18,747 bases of DNA, taken from Perkinsela sp. CCAP 1560/9 (taxonomy: Eukaryota > Protista > Euglenozoa: Kinetoplastea). The notes under the pieces were generated by a model. That model searched no databases. It saw only the letters and a list, made by a program, of their open reading frames with translations, and was not told where the DNA came from. The stretch's first letter is position 1. Each line of letters begins with the position of its first letter. The stretch is taken from the NCBI GenBank assembly GCA_965644495.1, contig CBFFSA010000103.1, positions 1-18,747 of the forward strand, written 5' to 3'. The translations under genes and the position numbers were made by a program. Shown here piece by piece: positions 9,867 to 17,832 of the stretch.

Positions 9867-12743
9867 AATTACTGCTCGTGCCCGTCGTCCCAGGCGACGA
9901 CGGGTGGATATTCTTACCCCCGTTTCCTCCCCGTCTCTCCGCCAGCGCGAAAGACGGCCACGCGTGCGTGGCACTACTCCTCCTCCCCGCCCTCTCTCCC
10001 CGTTACGTCTAAGGCGCAGAAGCGTCTCCCTCCCAATCCGTCCTCTACCCCGGCTTCCCGTTCCCGTTTACACCGCCGCCAAGACCGCCGCCGCCAAAAC
10101 CGCTGCCGTCGTAACCGCCGACGCCGCGCAGCCTCCAGGAGGACGCCGCCAGGAGCTGCTGAGGGCGATTCTTCGAATGCCCCCCGAGGACCCGCGCGCC
10201 ACTCAATTGGGCGAGGCGCTCCAGCCCATGTGGGCAACGGCCACGTGGGCCACAAGGGAGCGACTGTGGTTCCGCCTGCGCGAGTATTGCCAGGCGAAGG
10301 GAATCACCGCGAATCCTGCAAACGCGGTGCTCTTCCTGGAGACTCTGCCTCTCGCTACCTCGACGCGCATGGGGTACGCAGGGGCATTGAGGACTCTGTT
10401 CGAGCTCATGGGAATCGAAGGTACCCCATTGAGTCTCTACGTAAAGGCCCTGCAAGCGCAGGGGGGGCTAGAACCCACGCGGCAGATGCTACCAATCACG
10501 CCACTTCTTCTAAAGAAGCTGAGACGTCATCTCGACGTAAAGGAGAGCATGTGTTGCCTCCTGTGTTGGAAAGCCGCTGCGAGATGGACCGAGACTGCCG
10601 ACCTGAGGCGGGAGCAGTTCGTGAGTGTGGCCAGTCACGAGGTAATCATTTATTGGGGCAGGGGGACCAAGACAACCCGTCTGAATCCTTACCGGCCGTA
10701 CCTCTACGCGATAGTGACTGGACCGGGGACACCCGAACTGGCTCAGTTTGTGGGAAGTTTGAGACCAGGCCAGCGCCTGTGTTACACGACGGTCCGGGAG
10801 ATGGACCACAGGATGAATCAACTTCTCGGTCCGGGGTATGGAACACATTCCATAAAAAGAGGTGCAATTACTTACCTATTCCACGAGATCTCCCTCGGGA
10901 ATCTCAGGATGGAGGACGTCCAGAACCTCACGAAACACCTCAACGTCGAATCACTGTTGCGCTACAACGCAAGCAGTATTACAACGGCAAGGGCTCTCGG
11001 GACGCAGAGAGTCTCAGCACGTCTCCCAGTGCTGTAACCTCGGAGCACGTGGCAAAGTGCTTCGAGGAAGTGCCTTACCTTCGCAGGCACTCCGTTGTTT
11101 GTGCACGCCGCTCTTCACGGCTAGCCAAGGCACACGACGCTCACCTACCTTTGCACGTTAAGAAGTCGATACCTGTTATCCATTTGGATCAGGTTAAGGA
11201 GTGGATGAGTCTGTCAGCTGCCACTCGTTTTCGCAAGGTAGTGGATGAATTATTATGGGTACCTAAAGCCCCGTACCCCGAACCTAGTGTGAAAGGTTCA
11301 TTGCCTGAGGCGGACGTCCGATTGTTGGAGGACGCAGGCATAATCTCCAAGGTCCCGGCGCAGGAGTTGAGAAAGCGCCCATCGATGCAGTTCATGATTC
11401 CCTTCACGGTTGTGGAGACCGATGATCAGGGCAATCAGCGCAGAAGGTTTATTTCGTGGACACGGGACGATAATGATAGACTTAAAGGATATGAACCACA
11501 GGTCCCTTTATATCATCCCTCCAAGTACCTTCATAAGGCGCACGAGCCGATGGCTGTGAAGCGGGACTTCACATGCGGGTTTTACCAGATTGGTATCCCG
11601 AAGAGGGCGCGGCCCAAATTCCGCCTTAGAACGAACAGTGGAGACGTGTTTGAGATGAACGTCCTCCCGATGGGCCATAGGTGTGCACCGGAGGTTATGC
11701 ACACGGTTACCGCCGCGATTGCTGGCGAGGCGTCGATTTGTTCTCAGCGCTACTCGTTTCACCGAGGCGCTATCGACGTTTATGTTGACGGAGTTCGGTT
11801 TGCAGGAACCCACTCCGAGGCCACCACGTACGCTCAGTTCATTGACGAGCGTTGCGACAAGGCGAACGGTCTTTTCAAAGATCGGGGTCAGCCCCCTGTA
11901 GCACAGTACGTGTTCAATGGGGTGGCGTTCGACCATAACGCGCATACGGTCTGCCTGGGACCGCGAGTGATCAGGAAACTGCGAGCCGACTCTTTCTTCA
12001 ACATTTCCTTTGTTGACCTAGAGGCGGTGGTGGGGCGCCTCATTTATGGCTCCGCAGTTCTCCGGCTCAATATGCCGCGATTTTATTTCGCTTTGAAGGT
12101 GGCGCAACGGCGTATCAACTTGTTGAACCGTTGCCCGAAGTTATGTGACCGTCCGGTCGCACTCCCTGTCGTCACTCGCTCCATGCTAGCAGAGTGGAGA
12201 AACGAGTTGTTGGAGAATGTTCCACGGTCTCCACCTCCCCACCCCGATGTTGTTCCACACAAGCATCGTCTCTACACCGATGCCTCGGTGAAAGGGTGGG
12301 GAGCGATTATGTATTTAGACAGCGGAGAGGTTTTGATTACGGGAGAGGCGTGGCCTGAGTCATCCTCGTATGAGGTGAACCGTGCGGAAGCTGCAGCAGT
12401 CCGCTTAGCCCTCGAGAAGTTTTCCGCGCATTGCCCCCGTGGAACCTGCTTGGATGTTTTTGTTGACAACACCTCCTGTCAGGCTGCACTGAACAGGAGG
12501 ATCTCCAAGTCAGAGGGGGTTTCAATGGAATTGCGCGAAGTCCTGCGACTGACAGAGGACAAAGGTATTTGTGTCAAGGCAGCGTACATATCCACGGATG
12601 AGAACCCGGCGGATGCTGTCAGTCGCGGGAAGGAGATTGAGAGAGAGAAGGTTGAGAAATATAAAGGCAACATCGACAAATACAGCGATAATCAGCATCA
12701 TCATATTGGTAAGCTAGACAGTCATATTGAAGGAAAACCCTAG
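9786..12743 (+). CDS. Pol: reverse transcriptase plus RNase H (frame open 9627-12743; track start 10230)
   Basis: DIRS-type RT motifs RDFTCGFYQI, LPMGHRCAP, YVDG, FNGV. RNase H motifs YTDAS, NRAE, FVDNT, NPADAVSRG. Manual translation shows no stop from 9627 to 10230. Confidence 0.9.
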   Translation, partial: GFSRRGGGRRQPLRRNTGFPLGNAPHPNYCSCPSSQATTGGYSYPRFLPVSPPARKTATRAWHYSSSPPSLPVTSKAQKRLPPNPSSTPASRSRLHRRQDRRRQNRCRRNRRRRAASRRTPPGAAEGDSSNAPRGPARHSIGRGAPAHVGNGHVGHKGATVVPPARVLPGEGNHRESCKRGALPGDSASRYLDAHGVRRGIEDSVRAHGNRRYPIESLRKGPASAGGARTHAADATNHATSSKEAETSSRRKGEHVLPPVLESRCEMDRDCRPEAGAVRECGQSRGNHLLGQGDQDNPSESLPAVPLRDSDWTGDTRTGSVCGKFETRPAPVLHDGPGDGPQDESTSRSGVWNTFHKKRCNYLPIPRDLPRESQDGGRPEPHETPQRRITVALQRKQYYNGKGSRDAESLSTSPSAVTSEHVAKCFEEVPYLRRHSVVCARRSSRLAKAHDAHLPLHVKKSIPVIHLDQVKEWMSLSAATRFRKVVDELLWVPKAPYPEPSVKGSLPEADVRLLEDAGIISKVPAQELRKRPSMQFMIPFTVVETDDQGNQRRRFISWTRDDNDRLKGYEPQVPLYHPSKYLHKAHEPMAVKRDFTCGFYQIGIPKRARPKFRLRTNSGDVFEMNVLPMGHRCAPEVMHTVTAAIAGEASICSQRYSFHRGAIDVYVDGVRFAGTHSEATTYAQFIDERCDKANGLFKDRGQPPVAQYVFNGVAFDHNAHTVCLGPRVIRKLRADSFFNISFVDLEAVVGRLIYGSAVLRLNMPRFYFALKVAQRRINLLNRCPKLCDRPVALPVVTRSMLAEWRNELLENVPRSPPPHPDVVPHKHRLYTDASVKGWGAIMYLDSGEVLITGEAWPESSSYEVNRAEAAAVRLALEKFSAHCPRGTCLDVFVDNTSCQAALNRRISKSEGVSMELREVLRLTEDKGICVKAAYISTDENPADAVSRGKEIEREKVEKYKGNIDKYSDNQHHHIGKLDSHIEGKP
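9853..11037 (+). CDS. Tyrosine recombinase (394 aa)
   Basis: Catalytic set: R (AARWTE), K (GTKT), HSIKRGA, H (TKH), Y (LLRY). Confidence 0.92.
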   Translation: MPPTPITARARRPRRRRVDILTPVSSPSLRQRERRPRVRGTTPPPRPLSPLRLRRRSVSLPIRPLPRLPVPVYTAAKTAAAKTAAVVTADAAQPPGGRRQELLRAILRMPPEDPRATQLGEALQPMWATATWATRERLWFRLREYCQAKGITANPANAVLFLETLPLATSTRMGYAGALRTLFELMGIEGTPLSLYVKALQAQGGLEPTRQMLPITPLLLKKLRRHLDVKESMCCLLCWKAAARWTETADLRREQFVSVASHEVIIYWGRGTKTTRLNPYRPYLYAIVTGPGTPELAQFVGSLRPGQRLCYTTVREMDHRMNQLLGPGYGTHSIKRGAITYLFHEISLGNLRMEDVQNLTKHLNVESLLRYNASSITTARALGTQRVSARLPVL

Positions 12744-12762
12744 GGGACAGGATCACCAAATA

Positions 12763-12870
12763 CAAAAAAAAAAAAAAAAAAAACAAGACAAGAAAAAAAG
12801 AAAAAAAACAAAGACAAGAAAAAAAGAAAAAAAACAAAGACAAGAAAAAAAGAAAAAAAAAAAAAAAAAA
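12763..12870 (+). repeat. A-rich low-complexity tract with CA(A)AGACAAG-An units, directly after the pol stop
   Basis: Read directly. Confidence 0.85.
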
Positions 12871-13308
12871 GAGAGCGGACGGGGTCCTGGGGTTTGGAGG
12901 TTGTCCCTATAATTTTGGAAGGTTATGGATGTTAATCGGTTGACAAACTTTATCCTCACGCCTTGGTTTTCGAAAAAAACAAGGTTCCCCAATGTGAGAT
13001 AAAGGTGAGTAAAGTTTTCTTTACTCTGCGATTAGCGCCTTAATGTTTTTAACCGCGTCATTGTTGACACGGCCGTACACCACGCCTAGTTGCTCCACAC
13101 TTCTAGGTCCCAAGTTGGTATATGGGCAGAGGTTGAAAGCGTAACCTGTGTAGCTCGTGTGAGCTTGTAAAGGGCGTGGTAATGGACTGGTCATCTATTG
13201 CTATCGTTATCCTTTTGTGAGCTCTGCATATTTTGATATTTTCTATCTATTAATATTTGACTACGTGATTGGGCATTTTGCGTTTATTGTGACGTGTGTG
13301 TGGGCAGG

Positions 13309-13525
13309 TTGGCCGAGGGTTCCGGTGGGGGGGAACCCCGTTAACAGAGTGACATTGATTGTGTTGTTTTATGCAGGCTTGTTTCTTTTCCATCTTTGTG
13401 CGTGTGAAATGAATGAATGATATGTTGTGTCATTTTGAATTACGATTGAGCTATTCATAGTTGTTCATTTATTCATATATGTTATCAGTGTATATGTTTC
13501 CAGGGAGCCCCTCGGCGTGGATTTC
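13309..13525 (+). repeat. Repeat B1 (217 bp)
   Basis: Identical by eye to 13728-13944. Confidence 0.96.
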
Positions 13526-13703
13526 TAATAGTTCACGTTTTGAAATTTAGCCGAGGGGCGGCTATATATTTGCCTGCTGGCCCTTCGGGGCACATAATTT
13601 TCTCAAATTATGATGTAGTATTCTCTAATTGCATGGAGGGGGGTGTTTACTCGTTTGTTATATTCTTGTTAGGTTGTTATTTTGTTACGTTTAAAGTTTT
13701 GTG
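13526..13703 (+). repeat. Repeat A2, with a candidate trans-splice acceptor (T-rich tract then AG at 13671-13672)
   Basis: Matches A1 in two blocks; abuts B1 to form the B|A junction. Confidence 0.95.
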
Positions 13704-13727
13704 CCCACCCACCGAGCCCCCAGCCAT

Positions 13728-13944
13728 TTGGCCGAGGGTTCCGGTGGGGGGGAACCCCGTTAACAGAGTGACATTGATTGTGTTGTTTTATGCAGGCTTG
13801 TTTCTTTTCCATCTTTGTGCGTGTGAAATGAATGAATGATATGTTGTGTCATTTTGAATTACGATTGAGCTATTCATAGTTGTTCATTTATTCATATATG
13901 TTATCAGTGTATATGTTTCCAGGGAGCCCCTCGGCGTGGATTTC
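13728..13944 (+). repeat. Terminal repeat B2 (217 bp)
   Basis: Identical to B1; ends GTGGATTTC, followed by LINE sequence. Confidence 0.96.
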
Positions 13945-15219
13945 AGATGGAAAACGGGAAAGTGCATTCGTCTTGAATCTCTTTATCAAGATGACTTGAA
14001 ACTCAGCACAACATCAAAAATACAACGTGCTCAACTTATTGGCCATCTTGTTCGACATGAATCGCCGTTTAGCCTAGCCATTCTGTGGCGCGTGCAAGAC
14101 AAATCATCATATCCTTCGATCTCTGAATTATGCGCAAAAGATTTAAATCTTTCAATAGAAGAAGTCATACATTCGTCTCGGGACCGCGCCTTATGGAGGT
14201 CAAGCGTTGATCGACTACGAAATCGGATCGAACCACGCCCTGATTATGTACCCATCGAAGCAAAATCATGGGAAAAACGAGCAATGGTTGCACGAAAAGA
14301 GAGTCAATATAAATCACTACAATTCGTCGAAGAAGGCGCATTGCCATTCCCAAATATTTCTCGAGCCGTACACATGTATACTGATGGCTCTCTTAAAACA
14401 ACGAAATCGAAAGTTACTTCTCGATGCGGAATCGTGTGGTCGGGGGATGGTATTGAGAAGTCCTTAATGGGAGTACGACCTCCAACGGATATTGAGCTCA
14501 CCATAACTGCGGTAGAGCTCTATGCCGTATATGAGGCACTGAATCTTGCGGCACATTATGGGCAGGACATTGTATTACACACAGACTCAAAATACGTATG
14601 GGAATTCTTCCACATTATAAGGCATCGATTTTGCATAGTTGGGTTTCAATTATTCCGGAGCGCACAACTACTCAAGAAGATACAACTTTTGTGTTCTAAG
14701 ATCGAGCAAAATAGCAATGTATATTGCATCAAAACCAGAGGGCATGAAGGAAACCCTCACAACGCAACCTCAGACTGGCTCGGTAAACGAGCTTGCGCAC
14801 ATCAAGACGAAAACCCTTCCTTTACTTACCGCGGTTTTGATATCGTGACCAATCAAAAGAGGAAAGGTAACGAAGTTCAAAACAATATGAAAAAGAACAA
14901 AAACAAAAATACGAAATTACCAGAGTTTGCGCACACACCTATCGAAATGTCTCCTACGCACTCTATAAGCACGAAAAATAAAGGTAACCTGATAAATGAA
15001 AAGGGGAAACGATCAAGATCCAAGAACAAGCGTGAAAATGCGAATACGCACAGCAACCAAAAAGCACGAAAAACTGATGGAAAGAGGAGTACGAATACAT
15101 ATTCACCAGGATTAGCAGAGGTAACTTTAGCAAGAAAGCATCCGCAAAGAAAGCGAGCTAATTGTGAAGAGGAGTGCAAGAGAACTCGAAAGGGGGGGAG
15201 CTCTTCTTCTAAAACGTGA
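13945..15219 (+). CDS. LINE polyprotein, 3' part: post-RT region, RNase H, basic tail
   Basis: RAQLIGHLVRH post-RT motif. RNase H motifs YTDGS, VELYAV, HTDSKYV, GHEGNPHNATSD. In frame with 5551-8280. Confidence 0.93.
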   Translation, partial: RWKTGKCIRLESLYQDDLKLSTTSKIQRAQLIGHLVRHESPFSLAILWRVQDKSSYPSISELCAKDLNLSIEEVIHSSRDRALWRSSVDRLRNRIEPRPDYVPIEAKSWEKRAMVARKESQYKSLQFVEEGALPFPNISRAVHMYTDGSLKTTKSKVTSRCGIVWSGDGIEKSLMGVRPPTDIELTITAVELYAVYEALNLAAHYGQDIVLHTDSKYVWEFFHIIRHRFCIVGFQLFRSAQLLKKIQLLCSKIEQNSNVYCIKTRGHEGNPHNATSDWLGKRACAHQDENPSFTYRGFDIVTNQKRKGNEVQNNMKKNKNKNTKLPEFAHTPIEMSPTHSISTKNKGNLINEKGKRSRSKNKRENANTHSNQKARKTDGKRSTNTYSPGLAEVTLARKHPQRKRANCEEECKRTRKGGSSSSKT

Positions 15220-15654
15220 TTTTGGAAGCCCAAAAGTTGAATGGAGTATCATTTTATTTATTTTGTTTATTTATTTTTACTTTTATTTTATATTCAATAA
15301 TGCGATCAATTGGTCTGTTTCAGCAGTTGAAGAGGGGGTTGTGAGACGAAGGGTTGTTCATATATTTATATATATATTTATAAATTGTATTTATACGTTA
15401 TTATTTGTTTTAGTTGTGTTTCGAACAGATAAGGTGGCCAAGTGTATGGGAGGTGAGTTGGAGGACATTTTCGCCCTATAGGGCCATTCTCATAAGAAAG
15501 TAATGAGGATGCACGAGTTCTTGGCTGCAGATGGACTCTTTGCGCGTAAATTTTATGTGAGTTTACATGGAGAAGTGTTTATGTTTATGGTGTAAATTGT
15601 AAACCCCCCAGCTGATACATATGTATCAGTGTCTTTGTTGTTGTTGTTGTTGTC

Positions 15655-16420
15655 TTCGAGGACAGCGTCACATCATCCATGTATGCTCGGATTTTCACAT
15701 CAGGAAAAAGCGTGGCGACTTCAACAAGCGCAGTGCAGTAGGGTACAAAAATATAGAGAGGAGAGAGCGGACCCCTGTCGAACTCCGGATGTGCTCTTAA
15801 TAACGGCGTGGAGATGGTTGTTTGCAAAGAAAAGCAAGTCCGAAGGGTCGCCATATTCAAGGTAGAAAAGCCTCATGAAAGGTCTGAAAATGTTGTTTTC
15901 GTTCAACGCGCGAGCTATAGCTGCTCTCTGCGGCGTGTTATACGCGTTGGAGTAATCCACTGTCAAAATCGTATGTCCGTCATCGTAGTCGTGAAGAAGT
16001 TCATGTACAAGGCTTTCGCATGCGTTCTTCTGTAAAATACCGCTTTGGTAGGGAGAAAAGAAGTTTTTCAAAGTGTCTTCGTGTCTTTGCAGTAGAATAG
16101 AGCCGCATACTTTCAGGATCGTGTCGCCCATCGCCATTGGAACTGGAGAGTTACAATCAAAGAAATCACTTTCCACTTCAGCATTTTGTGTGTCAATACA
16201 CTCGGAACTTGGAATGTCTCCTTCTCCTGTGTTTTGTGTGTCAATACACTCGGGGCTTGGAATGTCGCCTTCTCCTGCATTATTTGTTACTGCGCATATG
16301 TTTGTTTCTTTCGTGGATGGGTGTGCATCTTCTCTTGGCTCATTATTGTCTCGACTTGCGTTCGTTTCTCGCATTGAAGGTTGGCTTTCTTCTGCGGCAG
16401 GGTCATCGCTCTTGTCATTG
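15655..16420 (-). pseudogene. Deleted and frameshifted CRE/SLACS-type retroposon fragment: acidic N-terminal region fused to RT core
   Basis: PMAMGD, QSGI, VDYSNAYN, GVRQGSALSSLYFC, then RAYMDDV in a second frame; truncated at a (CAA)n run near 15635-15652. Confidence 0.85.
16181..16280 (-). repeat. Two 48-bp coding repeats (N[A/T]GEGDIPS[P/S]ECIDTQ)
   Basis: Visible in both the DNA and the 15721-16374 translation. Confidence 0.9.
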
Positions 16421-16630
16421 GTCTAAGTGTTGCGTCTAAGTGTGCAGTTTCGAGACCTTTACTTTTGTTAGCAATTTTATACATATTTTTTTAAGGCCCA
16501 ACTGCGACTTCTTTTTCGTAAATTTTTCAAAAAGCACTTTTGAACCCTTCGATGAATGATTACGAACATGTGCTGTCAAAAAAAAAACAAGCCCGCATGG
16601 CACTCATCCTAGTTATTTAGTACCTTGTTA

Positions 16631-17566
16631 TAAACCCCCGCTCACGAATAAGTGACCCCCCCTTATTTTTAGCACAGAGGGGCGTGGGTGGGTTATCATA
16701 CCACTGTTTCGTTCAAAATTTCGAGATCTATACGTTCCCGCTGTTTTTAGCTGATTTTAAAATTTTAAAATTTAGTCAAAAAAACATAATTGGTTTTTCA
16801 ACTTTTTTTTCCAAAAATGACCAAATCACCATATCGGCTCCCAAAAGGGGGCTTACGGATTGTGGTAAGGTTCTTTTGAAGATGAGACAGGCAGAAGGTG
16901 TTCCGATAAAACAATTATCCCGTGATTTTAACGTCTCTAGAAGGATAATCAAAAAATATCAGAACGAAAAAAAATCTAGTGGGGAATACACTTTGAGTCC
17001 TGTGACCATCTATTACAAGTGAGACATCTACAATGACACATCTATTACAAGTGAGACGTACATAGAAACATTAAAACAGGTAGATTTCCCCCTAATAGTG
17101 TATTTCAACAGGATAGAGCAACGGCACATACTGCCCGTGCCTCCAAAGAGTATATTGAGAATCGAATGAGTGATGTTCTAAGAAACTGGCCCCCCAACTC
17201 GCCCGACCTTTCCCCCATAGAAAACGTCTGGTCTATGGTCCAAGAGGCGGTAGACGAACAAACGCCATCGGACAAACCTTCACTTATCCGATGTGTACGT
17301 AAAGCATGGTCTTCTTTAACTCAAAAAGTGATCGACAAAACAGTATTAAGTTTTGATTCTGGACTTAAGGAGTGTATAAGATTGAAGGGCGAAAAAGTGA
17401 CAAAATGGTAATTCTTCTCTAAATTGTGCGTATTCGTTTCTTTTTGTCTCATTTCTTCACGCGCAAAGTCCTTGTGTTGAGATCTGCAAAATGCAACAAA
17501 AATCAGCTCAAACGGACATTTGTACGAAAAAAAAGAGGGGGGTCACTTTTCGTGAGCGGGGGTTTA
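16631..17566 (+). mobile_element. Internally deleted Tc1/mariner (ITm) DNA transposon, 936 bp
   Basis: TIRs TAAACCCCCGCTCACGAA(T)AAGTGACCCCCC at 16631-16661 and 17537-17566 (one indel); TA duplication at 16629-16630 and 17567-17568. Confidence 0.93.
16818..17411 (+). pseudogene. Transposase remnants: N-terminal HTH and C-terminal half of the DDE domain
   Basis: GVPIKQLSRDFNVSRRIIKKY (HTH-like); VFQQDRATAH...WPPNSPDLSPIENVW from 17100; the first catalytic Asp region is missing. Confidence 0.9.
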
Positions 17567-17832
17567 TATGTATTTGGTACCGGATGGTGCCTCCATCAAA
17601 ACAAAATCAGTCAATCGCAGAGGAGGAGAGAAGAGAGGAACGGATGTATTATCCTTAAAGTCTCAAAAAGGACGGACCCCCTTTTCCTTTTGTTATTGCT
17701 ATTCAATATCTTTGCTTTACGTATTCGAGTTTGGAAAAAAAACAAAAAGGGGTGAATTAAACAAACGTTTGGTATTCAGACAGGCGCTAGCTGGATCGGT
17801 AATATTCGTTGCAATAATCAGCTGCTACTTGT

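Larger units (their letters stand above)
8281..13944 (+). mobile_element. Apparently intact YR retrotransposon (element 2; DIRS order, VIPER-like gene order, split direct repeats A1..B1-A2-B2)
   Basis: Uninterrupted gag, YR and RT/RH ORFs. A and B repeats define both ends, and excision restores the LINE reading frame. Confidence 0.95.
5261..15300 (+). mobile_element. Non-LTR retrotransposon (single ORF: APE-RT-RNase H), interrupted by the YR element at 8280/13945; outer boundaries approximate
   Basis: The two ORF halves join in frame. Structured GC-richer 5' region at 5261-5550; T/A-rich tail at about 15250-15300. No TSD identified. Confidence 0.88.

Noticed and set aside
12619-12992. Poly-Lys and poly-Phe ORFs
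   Set aside because: Translations of the A-rich tract.
13217-13839. ORFs 13217-13420, 13540-13839 and 8199-8435
   Set aside because: Short ORFs running through the non-coding A and B repeats; their shared peptides simply reflect the DNA repeats.
8281-13944. LTR retrotransposon or prophage integrase
   Set aside because: No DDE integrase, no TG...CA LTRs, no TSD; YR with DIRS-type RT/RH and split repeats indicates a YR retroelement.
13936-13944. Track start (GTG GAT TTC) of the 427-aa ORF as an independent gene
   Set aside because: These three codons are the end of repeat B2; the ORF is the continuation of the LINE polyprotein.
16620-16629. GTACCTTGTT matching the 3' end of the SL-like segment, next to the Tc1 insertion site
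   Set aside because: Only 10 bp, lacks the CAGTTTCT core; compatible with chance.
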